Below, piece after piece: positions 9,879-19,595 of a DNA stretch of 33,462 nt. Under the pieces are notes generated by a model. The model ran no database searches and was not told where the DNA came from. It saw only the letters and a list, made by a program, of their open reading frames with translations. Within the stretch, counting starts at the first letter, position 1. Each line of letters opens with the position of its first letter. This stretch comes from a virus (Duplodnaviria > Caudoviricetes). The stretch lies in IMG/VR virus record IMGVR_UViG_3300046115_000156, positions 1-33,462 of that record; one strand, 5' to 3'. The position numbers and the translations under genes are program-made.

Positions 9879-10427
9879 TTACGGTACGTAAACCTGCGTC
9901 TCCACAAATGTTGTTGGCACCGAAGCGTCGGCCACCCGCACCGTGAAGACGCCTGACCGGTATGGGAATGTGTGCGCCGCCGCACCCGACTCGGCAGCGC
10001 CGAGAGTGGAAGTGCCATCGCCCCAGGTGATGTCCACGGTGCCCGCTGCTGTGTTGGTGTAGTTCAAGGTGATCGCCAGCGGGTTGCCGCCTACATTCAT
10101 CGCAATTGTGGTGATGGTCGGCTGCGCCGCCGAAGCCGCGCATGTGTTCGGATTCTGAAATGCCGCAGTGCCGTTGTTCGCCGCGAACGTGATGTGGGTG
10201 CCTGGCACGTAGCCGGCCAGCAGATCCGCACCACCTGGTTCCAGCGCCAAAGCGCCGATGGAAAACAGCGCTTCCGGGATGACGATTGCCGGGGACGTGG
10301 ATTTGATTTGGATCTGGCGCACGTTGTTGATGCCCGCCACACCGCCAGCCCAGCACACGACACGTTGTGCCACGGTTTGCAAGGTTGCGTAGGTGGGGAC
10401 AGTGATGGTCAGTGAACCGCCTGCCAT
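9879..10427 (-). CDS. Virion protein with C-terminal PKD/Ig-like domain, 182 aa
   Basis: AAGGAGG RBS; VDITWGDGT...AAHTF....GVFTVRV is a PKD-like signature. Confidence 0.7.
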   Translation of the reverse strand: MAGGSLTITVPTYATLQTVAQRVVCWAGGVAGINNVRQIQIKSTSPAIVIPEALFSIGALALEPGGADLLAGYVPGTHITFAANNGTAAFQNPNTCAASAAQPTITTIAMNVGGNPLAITLNYTNTAAGTVDITWGDGTSTLGAAESGAAAHTFPYRSGVFTVRVADASVPTTFVETQVYVP

Positions 10428-10438
10428 GGCAAGCCTCC

Positions 10439-11389
10439 TTAGCTAACGGTGATGACAGCGCTGGTGTATGTGGTGCCGGATCCGCCGGTCCACCGGTAGG
10501 TGGCCGTGTACGAGCCGGCGACATAGGTGTGGTTACTGGTGGTGCCAGAAGTGACCAACGTGTCCGCGGTCAGGTCGCCCCAGTCGATGACACCGGGCAG
10601 CAGCGGGTCGCCGTTGGGGTCCAACGGGAACGTCGCCACCCGCGGCACAGCTGCAGCACCCAGGAGCGGAGCCACAGCGAAGATCAGATCATCAGGGTCC
10701 AAAGACTGGCAGCCGCAGAAACCTTCCGGCGGTGGTAGTTTCGTCCACTGGAAACATTTGTGCGCGGCGGGGTTGATGGGCAGCAGCAGGGGACCTGGCA
10801 GCCCGGCGTTGACACCGGTTTCGTTGATGATGACGTTGTAGGGTCCGGTGCCCCACTGGTTGCCGGGGCGGGTGATGGCGGTGACGGTGAAGTTGATGAC
10901 CCCGTTGGCGATGGTGACATCGCCGATGGTGCCTTGGGCGACCCGCGGCAGGATGCCGTAGCCGTAGATGGTGTCGTCGTCGTCGCAGCCTTCGTCTTCT
11001 GTGCCTGTCCAGAAGTCGAGGGCGAAGTTGGATGCTGCCGCCGAATCTGGCAAGGTGCACCAGCCCACGGCTTCGGGGACAACACTGTCGTCCAAGATCA
11101 GCGGTTCTGCTGACACGATGTTGAACAGTTCAGGGTCCACGTTGCAAAACGTGATCGTCACCTCGTACCAGCGCAGAATCGGCGCTTTCGGCTTGTCGAC
11201 GCAGATGTCGCCGTTGGCGTTGGTCTGCAACGCGTCCTGACGTTCCTGGTACACCTTCGCCAACACGATGTCGACGAACGATTCGGTGGTGGCGTAGGCG
11301 CAGGCCTGTTCCAGGATTTCACCGCATGGCCCTAGCCGTGTGACACGTGCCGCTGGGGCACGGACAACGCTATGGCACTGTGCAACCAT
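10439..11389 (-). CDS. Major tail protein with C-terminal PKD-like extension, 316 aa
   Basis: RVTRLGPCG, NANGDICV, ITFCNVDPEL, WGTGPYNV motifs; ends IDWGD...HTYVAGSYT. Confidence 0.8.
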   Translation of the reverse strand: MVAQCHSVVRAPAARVTRLGPCGEILEQACAYATTESFVDIVLAKVYQERQDALQTNANGDICVDKPKAPILRWYEVTITFCNVDPELFNIVSAEPLILDDSVVPEAVGWCTLPDSAAASNFALDFWTGTEDEGCDDDDTIYGYGILPRVAQGTIGDVTIANGVINFTVTAITRPGNQWGTGPYNVIINETGVNAGLPGPLLLPINPAAHKCFQWTKLPPPEGFCGCQSLDPDDLIFAVAPLLGAAAVPRVATFPLDPNGDPLLPGVIDWGDLTADTLVTSGTTSNHTYVAGSYTATYRWTGGSGTTYTSAVITVS

Positions 11390-11643
11390 TACTCCTCCTC
11401 AGAAGTGTTGTTGTCCGTGCTGTCTTTGCTGCGGCGCCGGCGCCGTTTCGGCGCCTCCTCTTCGGCTGCTTCAGGTTCTTCACCGTCAGCGTCGAATTTG
11501 GCGAACAGTTCCAGTGGAATGGAGAAGCCGGCCTGCGGCCACGTCACCCACTGCACCTGGTATGGGCTGTCAGCCAGCGAGAGAAGCCGTTGGCCGATTT
11601 CCTTGACCCGCCCCTTTTCGGGGGAGATGATCACTACGTCCAC
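11389..11643 (-). CDS. Small hypothetical protein
   Basis: GTG start at 11643 or 11634 overlapping the upstream stop; TAATG coupling to the major tail gene. Confidence 0.6.
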   Translation of the reverse strand: MDVVIISPEKGRVKEIGQRLLSLADSPYQVQWVTWPQAGFSIPLELFAKFDADGEEPEAAEEEAPKRRRRRSKDSTDNNTSEEE

Positions 11644-12494
11644 AGGATCACCGACTTGGCGAAGCCACCACATTCGTAGGCGACCACGTACTCGCGTTCG
11701 GCGAGCATCATGAACTGGTTTGTGGCGCGGTCCAGGGAACCTTCCACCGGCGCGATCTGAACCTGCGAGTCCGGGGTGCGCCACACGGTTGTCTGCCCGG
11801 TCAGGTACATCCAGAAGACACCGTCAGCTGGTGCGGCACCGGCAGGATCATTGTTGGCGTAGCAGCCCGTCGACACAACTGTGCCGATTGGTGTGCGCCA
11901 ACGTGTCCCGTCGAACTCGATGAGGTGTTCGACCTTGAGTTCGTTGAACACCGGGATGGCCACATGCAAAATGCCGGGAGGTCCGTACTGGGTCAGGTTG
12001 CCGGTGAAGCCGCAGTAACGTGCCCGTTCCAGTTCGGACAGCACGTCACCCACGGTGTCGCCGGCGCCGGTGACGGTGGTGATGCCGTCAGCGGTGACAA
12101 GACCTGGACCCTGCCCCAGTGTCGAGGTGGAAAACAGTTCCTCCACGACAGCCTGCTCGACGCCTTTGAGGCGTTCCAGGACGAAGGCGCGTTCCTCTTC
12201 GAACGTGTAACCCAGCGAGCCGCACTGCATCGTGGCGAACACGATGAACGGCAGGCCTGTGACAGTGTCCAAGCCGTTCTCTGTCCATGCGGCTGCTTTG
12301 CTGTTCTGGTCGGCGATGCATTCGACTTCGTAGCCGAAACCTTCACCGCACAGTCCGAGCTGGTATTGGACACCGCCGTTGCGGCCATGCACGGGCAGAT
12401 CCAGCGGCCCGTTAGCCGCGGCGAAGATGCCGTACCGAAGCGGTAGGGACGCGGTGGGTTTGGCAACTGGTACTGCCGGGATTGTCGCTACCAT
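11634..12494 (-). CDS. Second capsid protein (candidate pentamer protein), 286 aa
   Basis: AAGGAGGTG RBS; follows major capsid; ends TPIGTVVSTGCY...NQFMMLAEREYVVAYEC; layout recalls cluster-B-type mycobacteriophages with two capsid proteins. Confidence 0.65.
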   Translation of the reverse strand: MVATIPAVPVAKPTASLPLRYGIFAAANGPLDLPVHGRNGGVQYQLGLCGEGFGYEVECIADQNSKAAAWTENGLDTVTGLPFIVFATMQCGSLGYTFEEERAFVLERLKGVEQAVVEELFSTSTLGQGPGLVTADGITTVTGAGDTVGDVLSELERARYCGFTGNLTQYGPPGILHVAIPVFNELKVEHLIEFDGTRWRTPIGTVVSTGCYANNDPAGAAPADGVFWMYLTGQTTVWRTPDSQVQIAPVEGSLDRATNQFMMLAEREYVVAYECGGFAKSVILWT

Positions 12495-12520
12495 GTGTCA
12501 CCTCCTTAAGCGACTTGGCG

Positions 12521-12546
12521 AGGGGGCAGCCGAGTAGCTGCCCCCT
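12521..12546 (-). terminator. 10-bp hairpin between the two capsid genes
   Basis: AGGGGGCAGC-6 nt-GCTGCCCCCT perfect inverted repeat. Confidence 0.55.
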
Positions 12547-12556
12547 GTTGCGTCAC

Positions 12557-14368
12557 TTACGGAGTCACGTCCGCGCAGGCAACAGCGCGCTGTACGCCAG
12601 TGGAGCCGCTTGCACAGATGTTGATGGTGTAGGCGAAGCTGTGCTGGCACATGCGCATCGGCCGGAAGCCGTCCTCCATGAACAGCTGCGTCACAAGGTT
12701 CTGCTGCAGGTTCGTGCTGTCGTACACCGTGTCGAGGCGGATGACGTCCTGACGACCCAGCACCCACGTGCCCGGCAGGAACGCCAGGAACGTCACAGAT
12801 GTCGGGTTGTTGAACATGGCTGCCGCGATCGGGCCGGCGCCGTTGCCGAACTGGTGGTTGACGTCGATCGCACCGGCACCGTTGGTCGGGTCGAATGCGT
12901 CCTGCCAGTCGTAGATCCACTGGACGGTCACGTAGCGCCGGGCCAGCGCCGCCGAGATCATCTGGTCAGTAAGTTCCTCGGTGTGCGTCGCGTTGCGGCG
13001 CAGCCAGTCCGAACGCAGTGCCGACTGCACCCAGTACGGGAACACCATTTGCACCGTCTGCGTCCGCGACGTGCGGTAGATGTAGCGGATGTTCTTCGCC
13101 ACCATGTCAATCGCGGCCATCAGCTGCGACCACACCGTGCCATCAGTCACCCACGGGTCCACAGTGGACAGTGTGATAGCTGTCGAGCCGGTTTCGATTT
13201 CGTTGACAACCTCACGGTTGACCAGGTGAGCCATCGCCGCGATCGCGCCCTGAACGAACTCCGACACGAACTCGGGGTAGCCACGGTTCTGCAGCAGCGA
13301 AGACGTCAGACACAGCGCCGCCACGTTGAGCCGGTCGTCGACGAACTCGGGACACGGAATTTCGACACACGTCTTGGCAGTGTCGGAGATGACCTGGGCC
13401 TCGGTGAGGATGTTGTAACCCGGGATCGGCAACACGAAATCGTTGCCGAAGAAGTCACCGAAGTCCAAACCCTGGTTGTGCAGCAGACCGCCGCGGCGAA
13501 GCACCATCTCCGGAATGGACAGCAAACCGTCTGTGGTGATCGGGTTGCAGATGCTGTAGTCCGGTGTAGACGGCGCGCACCAGCCGTTCGCGGCGACAAG
13601 TGCACCTTCACGGCCGGCGGAGTCGGATGTCTTCTTCAGCTTCGCGAAGGCGCCCGGGTGCGAGTCGCCTTCCATGACGACCTGGCCTTCGGGGAAGTTA
13701 CGCTTGATCGTGGCCAGCGGCGCCTGGTGGCGTCCCGTCACACGGCCCTTGGTCATGCCACCGTGTGGACGTACCCGTTCCTCGAACGCCTTGCCGATCG
13801 ACTCCCAGCTCAGTTCCGAACCCATCGGGAAGCTGGACACGTCGGCTGCGGCCACAATCGTGTACGCAGCTTCGCCGTCGAGCACCTCGGCTGCCGGCGA
13901 GTATGGTGCCGCGTCGGCAATCTGCACAGAACGCCGTGGCGCGTTGGCTACTGCTGTTGATGCGGTGACGGTTGCTTCGACCACTTCGCCGGTGCCAGCC
14001 GGTGTGGTTGCTGCTACGTCCTTCACGCTGTCTGCCGCGGCTGCTACAGGCTCTGCGGCTGGCTCTTCAGCGGCTGCCACCACTGGCTCTGGTTCCGCTG
14101 CCGGAGTTTCGAACGTGGGAAGTGTGGGGATGACTGAGGCTGCGGCTGCACGTGCAGCGCGGTCGTGGCGTGCCTGCAGTTCTACGCCTACGGAGGCAAT
14201 GAAGCCCTGTAGTTCCTCCGCACGGGTGAGCTGCTCTTCGGTGACGCTGTCATCTGTCATGGAGGCTGTCAGCGCGGACAGTTCTGTCGACGCGACTCCT
14301 GCCATATCGGTGAGCCCTGCGACTGAGAAGTCTTTGAAAGCTTCTCGCGCGGGCGGGGTGAATGCCAT
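12557..14368 (-). CDS. Major capsid protein (candidate hexamer protein) with long scaffold-like N-terminus, 603 aa
   Basis: AAGGA RBS and ATG 14368; Ala/Glu-rich linker then LVAANGWCAPS, CVEIPCPEF, YDSTNLQQN...LFMEDG. Confidence 0.85.
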   Translation of the reverse strand: MAFTPPAREAFKDFSVAGLTDMAGVASTELSALTASMTDDSVTEEQLTRAEELQGFIASVGVELQARHDRAARAAAASVIPTLPTFETPAAEPEPVVAAAEEPAAEPVAAAADSVKDVAATTPAGTGEVVEATVTASTAVANAPRRSVQIADAAPYSPAAEVLDGEAAYTIVAAADVSSFPMGSELSWESIGKAFEERVRPHGGMTKGRVTGRHQAPLATIKRNFPEGQVVMEGDSHPGAFAKLKKTSDSAGREGALVAANGWCAPSTPDYSICNPITTDGLLSIPEMVLRRGGLLHNQGLDFGDFFGNDFVLPIPGYNILTEAQVISDTAKTCVEIPCPEFVDDRLNVAALCLTSSLLQNRGYPEFVSEFVQGAIAAMAHLVNREVVNEIETGSTAITLSTVDPWVTDGTVWSQLMAAIDMVAKNIRYIYRTSRTQTVQMVFPYWVQSALRSDWLRRNATHTEELTDQMISAALARRYVTVQWIYDWQDAFDPTNGAGAIDVNHQFGNGAGPIAAAMFNNPTSVTFLAFLPGTWVLGRQDVIRLDTVYDSTNLQQNLVTQLFMEDGFRPMRMCQHSFAYTINICASGSTGVQRAVACADVTP

Positions 14369-14444
14369 TGGTGTTCCTTCCGACACTTGGTGTGTGGTTC
14401 GTGTCGGCAGGCTCACAGCGCATCACCGTGGATATGTGTGGCCA

Positions 14445-14473
14445 GCATAGATGATTTGGTGTACTTCGTCTAC
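14445..14473 (-). promoter_or_regulatory. Putative sigma70-type promoter for the capsid gene
   Basis: Minus strand TAGACG-17 nt-TATGCT about 75 nt upstream of the capsid ATG. Confidence 0.45.
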
Positions 14474-14512
14474 AAGGTGCAGGACTAAGTACGCGTGTGG
14501 TAACTTTGGGAC

Positions 14513-14776
14513 GTGAAGCGACTGACCCCTGAAACAAACTTTCCCGCACTCATCGCGCAGCGCCGTGCAGACTTGGGCTTGACCCAGGCGGCAGCCGCCA
14601 AAACAGGCGGTGTCGAGGCGACGATATGGTCAAGGACCGAACGCGGCCGAAGTAAAAAGCTGACCCTGGCAACTGCGCTGCAGATGCTCAAAGGCGTCGG
14701 CTACCACGTCAACCTCACCGCAGACAGTCTGCCCGAGACTCCAGACGAATCCGACGCCACACTTTTCAGCGCCTGA
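14513..14776 (+). CDS. XRE-family helix-turn-helix regulator, 87 aa
   Basis: IAQRRADLGLTQAAAAKTGGVEATIWSRTERGR is a Cro/C1-type HTH. Confidence 0.85.
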   Translation: MKRLTPETNFPALIAQRRADLGLTQAAAAKTGGVEATIWSRTERGRSKKLTLATALQMLKGVGYHVNLTADSLPETPDESDATLFSA

Positions 14777-14849
14777 CACGCCCAGCATCGGCCACACCAT
14801 CCTGTGCCTCGCCGCTCTGGTAGCAGTGGTGCTCTTCTGGCAGATGCAC

Positions 14850-14880
14850 GTGGGGCCAGTTCCCGCAGAACTGGCCCCAC
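14850..14880. terminator. 13-bp hairpin between convergent genes
   Basis: GTGGGGCCAGTTC-5 nt-GAACTGGCCCCAC between the XRE stop (14776) and the minus-strand stop (14904). Confidence 0.6.
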
Positions 14881-14903
14881 ACCTCAACCCCAAGTAGCGG
14901 TGC

Positions 14904-15089
14904 TCACCGCCGCGTCACACTATATCCGCGTTCCGCGGCACGTGCACGCATCCGTTCCTGCACACGGCTGCGATGCGCACGCTCATCGGATGCGGAGGTG
15001 ACCTCCACCTCGGAGTCGTCAGCCAACGTCACCTTGCGCGGATAGGTGACGCCAGCAGTAGCCCGTTTGCCACATGAGCTGCATCCCAT
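14904..15089 (-). CDS. Small MGCSSCG-type protein, 61 aa
   Basis: ATG 1 nt after the protease stop; MGCxxCG starts are common after actinophage protease genes. Confidence 0.7.
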   Translation of the reverse strand: MGCSSCGKRATAGVTYPRKVTLADDSEVEVTSASDERAHRSRVQERMRARAAERGYSVTRR

Positions 15090-15090
15090 C

Positions 15091-16611
15091 TCAAACCCCC
15101 CTGCTCAGAATGTCTTCGAGTCTGCGCGAACGCGACAACTTAGTCAGCTTGTCTGCTTTAGCCCGGAAACGTGCCAGGCGTTCCTTCAGCGCCTCATCGT
15201 CAGGGCCGGGCAGCTCAAGGCTCAAGTCCGGACCGTTCAGCGCCGCAAGTTCCTCATCGCGCAGCACCATACCGGCAGCGACCAGAGACAACACCTCGCC
15301 TGAGGCGCTGAGACCCACCACCGGGAACCCTGGCGTGTTCACCGCCAAAGCGGCGACCAGCTCCAACCCCTTCGGCGTGGGACGCCAGTCACCGGACAGC
15401 GGGGACCGGCGCAGCTCGGCTATCTTCGCCTCAGACACCTCGGGTACCGCCGCACCGGCAACCCAAGGGCCGAAGCGGTCCTCACCTGCCGCAACAACAG
15501 CAGCTGCGGTGCCAGTGTTGTCATAGTGGTCCGCGGCCGGTATGTAGCCCAGTCGCAGATTCGCATGCCCCGTGCCGAGCGTGATCCGCCCCACTTTGCG
15601 CTGTGTCCCATCAGCGGTCAGGACCGACCCTGTCATGAAGTACTGGTAGCCGGTGTTGGAATGCGGCGCCATCCGGCACACATCCTGCATCCCGAAGTGG
15701 CATACATTCCATAGTGCCAGGTGGCCTTTGACTTGACCGTCAGCGGTGACAGTCAACGGGCTTGGACCTTCAAACATCGGGTCGTCGAACCAGTGCGCCG
15801 GCGGGCGCAACGGAGCTGTCACCGCGTCCTCCTTTTCCTCTTCTTGGTAGGTGATCTGTGCCAGCAGCTCCCCCAGCTGCGGCAACATGTCGTCGGGCAG
15901 GTCGATGCCGTCGCGGTACGTTTCGTACATGGACGCGGCGACCGAGACAGCTTTCGGCATCAGGTGCAGCTTCCCGTCGCCCACATCAGCCACCGGATAC
16001 TTGTACGAGTCCCGGCCTTCCGGGTGCAGCTGATCCCACACGAGAAACGCCTTGCGGTATTGGCGGTAGTCACCCTGCGCCCATCGCCACACCCGGTCAG
16101 TGGCTTCCTTGGCATTCCAGAACCCGCTAGGACCCTTCGGCAACTGCGCGACGGCGACGTTCAATGCCGAAGCAGTGGTGCTGATCTGCCGGTTGGGACG
16201 ATCCTGTGGTGGCACGTCTTGGCGTTCCCACGGCGGAACGATGCGAGGGTCGGTGTAGATGTCACGCAGCTGTTTGTAGATTTCGGATACGACACCGCGC
16301 AGCTGCTTCTTCTCGTCCTCGCCGACGACACCTTCCAAGCCACCGTGTGCGCCTTGCAGAATGGCCGCTGCGGTGAAAACTGCGTGGGGGATCAACGTGT
16401 AGCGGCCGTTGATGACGTCGGCGATGGGCAGCCGGTAGCTGTTTTTGTTGTTGGGTGGCCCCGAGTCGGAGCGCCACAGGAACGCCACGTTGAACGTGGC
16501 CAGGTCGCCGGCAGAGGCGGCTTGGATACGTTTGATCGCCTGGTCGGCGTTGAAGCCTTGGTCGCGGTCGGCGATCGGGAACTTGCGCCACGCTTTGCTG
16601 TTGACAGTCAT
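15091..16611 (-). CDS. Capsid maturation protease with duplicated N-terminal domain, 506 aa
   Basis: TGATG coupling to MuF gene; GHLALWNVCH, HYDNTG, GEDRFGPWVAG, PLSGDWR, LVAALAVNTPGFP. Confidence 0.8.
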   Translation of the reverse strand: MTVNSKAWRKFPIADRDQGFNADQAIKRIQAASAGDLATFNVAFLWRSDSGPPNNKNSYRLPIADVINGRYTLIPHAVFTAAAILQGAHGGLEGVVGEDEKKQLRGVVSEIYKQLRDIYTDPRIVPPWERQDVPPQDRPNRQISTTASALNVAVAQLPKGPSGFWNAKEATDRVWRWAQGDYRQYRKAFLVWDQLHPEGRDSYKYPVADVGDGKLHLMPKAVSVAASMYETYRDGIDLPDDMLPQLGELLAQITYQEEEKEDAVTAPLRPPAHWFDDPMFEGPSPLTVTADGQVKGHLALWNVCHFGMQDVCRMAPHSNTGYQYFMTGSVLTADGTQRKVGRITLGTGHANLRLGYIPAADHYDNTGTAAAVVAAGEDRFGPWVAGAAVPEVSEAKIAELRRSPLSGDWRPTPKGLELVAALAVNTPGFPVVGLSASGEVLSLVAAGMVLRDEELAALNGPDLSLELPGPDDEALKERLARFRAKADKLTKLSRSRRLEDILSRGV

Positions 16612-17408
16612 CAGCGGCTCCCCGCCCTGTAAAATCGTGGCTTGCACCGGCAGTTGATGACGTTCCATGGGCTGCCGTCAGGATCCCCGGGTACCCGCAG
16701 CGGCTCGCCGGACACGATGAACGGCTGCGACGCGAACCGGACCTGTCCATCGGCAAGGCGGTGACCTGGGCGCACCGCCGAATCGTCACGTGAAAGCCAC
16801 TGCTTGAACAGGAGCGGCAAGTCCTCACGCTGCTGGATACGCAGCGCAGCAGCCAGCGCCCCCATGTTCCAGGCGCGATGGACCTCGGTGACGGAAACTG
16901 TCCTCGCTCTGGCAGGCCAGTTCTCGGTGCCTGTAACGTCGAGGACATGACGGACCCGTGCCGCTTGTTCTTCTACGTTTTCGCCGTTCGCGACAGCCGC
17001 ACCAAGCTCGTCGATGATCCGCCGGTACACCTCATCTGGTGTGCGGACCATCAGATTGCGCGTCCTAGCGAGTTGATCTTGAAGGATGGAATCGGTTGGG
17101 TCGAATGGGATGTCCACCCCGAGCTGGCGCCCCGCTTCGATCCACCCAGCTCGTGCAATCTGCTCAAGGCCGGAGATCAGGCGATCTACCTGCCGCTCCC
17201 AAACGGGCACTGTGGACCAGATTGCTGTTGGATCTGGGGGTGCACCGAACCGAGTGAACGCCGCCAGCACAGCGGCTGCAACAGCACCAAGCCAGGCGGT
17301 GTACATGGACAGCACTAGCGCCGCAATGGATGCCTCAAACGCCGCCAGAGCCAACGCACCAGAAGGTGCTGGCTCCTCGGGGATTTGTGGCTCCACCGGC
17401 TGCGTCAT
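16611..17408 (-). CDS. MuF/gp7-like head morphogenesis protein, 265 aa
   Basis: RARTVSVTEVHRA, KQWLSRDDSAVRPGH..ADGQ, PGDP...VINCRC. Confidence 0.9.
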   Translation of the reverse strand: MTQPVEPQIPEEPAPSGALALAAFEASIAALVLSMYTAWLGAVAAAVLAAFTRFGAPPDPTAIWSTVPVWERQVDRLISGLEQIARAGWIEAGRQLGVDIPFDPTDSILQDQLARTRNLMVRTPDEVYRRIIDELGAAVANGENVEEQAARVRHVLDVTGTENWPARARTVSVTEVHRAWNMGALAAALRIQQREDLPLLFKQWLSRDDSAVRPGHRLADGQVRFASQPFIVSGEPLRVPGDPDGSPWNVINCRCKPRFYRAGSR

Positions 17409-19246
17409 CGCGACGCCTCCTGCAGCATGGCAGCCAGCAGCGTGGGACTGTGCTCAATCCTGTTGGTTAGCAGACCTTTCGCGTAAGAATGCAGAACGGG
17501 TTGCAGCTGCTTACGCGGTGCCTGGACCCCGGCAAAGTAGTAGTCCCATTGATCCCATGCTCCAGCAAGCAGAGTTTCTGCGTGAGCTGATGAGCCCACC
17601 AGGATTTTGGTGTGCAGAAGATGCGGTGGTGTGGTACCAAAGACACCTCGATGCGTCGGAGTCAGCAGACGCTTCCCTGCCAGTTCTAGAGCCCGCACCA
17701 CAAGACCGTTCGCCGCGATGGACACTGCGGTGGGCGGTGGAACAGCTGAAGCTATCAGCTGAGAATCCGCACCGTCAGTCACCGCCGGCTGGTTAGGCTG
17801 CTGGCCTGGTGCAGGCTCGGTGGGGGCACGCCCCGGTACCGGTGGAGGTGGTGGCCCTGCATCGGCGAGCGCCGGCACTGACGTGTCAACGTCGATGCCG
17901 ATTTCTTCGCGCAGGGCAGCGATGGCGAACAGCGTGGGATCCCTGAGAATGACCTCTCTGATGAACCGGGAGCCGATCTCTTCCTCACTTGGCGCATCAG
18001 CGTCGGTGTAGCCGCCTTCACGGCGCACCGTTTCCGCTGACACGACTGGCGGGTTGGCGTTGTACAAGTTCAGGGCGTCGGCCAGCTTGTTGGCCGAATT
18101 CGACAAAGGCGCCGTGTCATACCAGTACGTGTACCGCTTGGGATCCTTACCCAGCGACTTCAGCGCCGGGATCAGGTAGGCGACGGTCAGCGCATCGACG
18201 ATCCGGTTGAACAGTGGCATGACTGTTTTGACGATGAACTCTTCGCCGGCCCACCAGATGGACCAGTGGTTCATCTCCTGGCCGCCGAGCTGAATTTCCA
18301 CCGGGACATTCATACCGATGGCCAGTTTCTGCTGCTGCTCCTTGCGTAGCTCAATAGCCTGATCGGACAGCGGCGAGTCGAAGCGGATCGGTACGACACC
18401 TGCCATCGCCTGCAGCTCAGCCAAAGGCATCTGCCACAGGATCGGTGCGACTTGTGCAGCGGTGCCTTTGCCTTCCAAATTGGAGGTGATCACTTCGAAC
18501 AGCTGTTGGTAGATGTCGTCGGTGGCCACTGCCTGGTTGTCGCCTTTAGGCACGGCAAGTGTGGATGGCACGGGCAGAATCGTGGCGTTGGCGATGCGCG
18601 AGTTCATCTGGGCTCGGATGAACATCGACATCTGCTCCATTTCAAAGAGCAGACCCAGCAGTGCGCGGACGGGGGAGTCGGCCAGGAACGCGCGTCGTGG
18701 GTGCGGGGTCCAGGTGCGGATGACGATGTCCGAGCCGGGGTTCAATTCTTCGCGTTGCGCCCGTCCCATGTTGACGTAGACAGTGTCACCGTTTTTGCGG
18801 ACTTCACTTGGCGCCGCCACCCACCACTGGTCGGACATGCCGCCGCGTTTGCTTTTGCCGATGATGAAACATTCCCCGGCGACGGTCAGCGATTCGCCTA
18901 TGGCGCGTAGCATCTCGGCTTTGTTGGCCGGCCCTCCGAACAGAGTTTCGGCCAGTGCGCCGATCTCATCATCGTCGTCGACTTCGCCTTGGCGCACACC
19001 GTTTTCGTCCACTTCGGCGACGAAGATGCGGATCATCGACGATGCGGCGCCGATGTAGTCGACGGCGTTGTGCAGCTGTGGGTTGGTGTCGTAGAAATCC
19101 CAGGCTTGCCGCTGCCACGCTTCGTCGGTGAAGCGGTAGCCTCGCCACGCCTCTTCGGACAGCCCCATCCGCACCGCTGAGGCGATGAGGCTTGGTGCCT
19201 CAGGTTGCGTCACGGGCTCCGCTTTGGCCTTGCGGCTAAACGCCAT
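17405..19246 (-). CDS. Portal protein, 613 aa
   Basis: WQRQAWDFYD, LTVAGEC, RTWTPHPRR...ADSP, LAIGMNVPVE..LG...NHWSIW; between terminase and MuF. Confidence 0.85.
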   Translation of the reverse strand: MAFSRKAKAEPVTQPEAPSLIASAVRMGLSEEAWRGYRFTDEAWQRQAWDFYDTNPQLHNAVDYIGAASSMIRIFVAEVDENGVRQGEVDDDDEIGALAETLFGGPANKAEMLRAIGESLTVAGECFIIGKSKRGGMSDQWWVAAPSEVRKNGDTVYVNMGRAQREELNPGSDIVIRTWTPHPRRAFLADSPVRALLGLLFEMEQMSMFIRAQMNSRIANATILPVPSTLAVPKGDNQAVATDDIYQQLFEVITSNLEGKGTAAQVAPILWQMPLAELQAMAGVVPIRFDSPLSDQAIELRKEQQQKLAIGMNVPVEIQLGGQEMNHWSIWWAGEEFIVKTVMPLFNRIVDALTVAYLIPALKSLGKDPKRYTYWYDTAPLSNSANKLADALNLYNANPPVVSAETVRREGGYTDADAPSEEEIGSRFIREVILRDPTLFAIAALREEIGIDVDTSVPALADAGPPPPPVPGRAPTEPAPGQQPNQPAVTDGADSQLIASAVPPPTAVSIAANGLVVRALELAGKRLLTPTHRGVFGTTPPHLLHTKILVGSSAHAETLLAGAWDQWDYYFAGVQAPRKQLQPVLHSYAKGLLTNRIEHSPTLLAAMLQEASR

Positions 19247-19562
19247 CGGCGATGCCTTCCCTATCTAGAACCCATGAGGCGCCGTAGGCCACGGCGAAGG
19301 TGGTGATCGGCAACAGGGTCACGGTGTGCCACGGCAGCCACCCGGCGAAGCAAGCCAAGGTGTGGACGTAAAGGCACATGAGTGCGGAGACCCAGAATCC
19401 TGAGCACCAGTAGCAGGCGATGATCTTGCCCGGCTTCGAGTGTTCCCCGAACTTGCCGATCACCCAGCCGCGGAAAGGGGCGGCGATCTCGTCGTAGAAC
19501 AGCACTCGCGTCGCCCTAGCCGCAGCCAGGACCAAGACGACAAAGGCGAGCAAGTAGATCAC
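19236..19562 (-). CDS. DUF1360-like membrane protein, 108 aa
   Basis: LAAARATRVL..DEIAAPFR...CYWCSGFWVS with hydrophobic segments. Confidence 0.75.
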   Translation of the reverse strand: MIYLLAFVVLVLAAARATRVLFYDEIAAPFRGWVIGKFGEHSKPGKIIACYWCSGFWVSALMCLYVHTLACFAGWLPWHTVTLLPITTFAVAYGASWVLDREGIADGV

Positions 19563-19595
19563 ATTGACTAAGTTAGCATCCTAGGACGCAGGATC

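Noticed and set aside
14775-14897. Hydrophobic frame ILCLAALVAVVLFWQM after the XRE gene
   Set aside because: No start codon or RBS upstream in that frame; overlaps a terminator-like hairpin.
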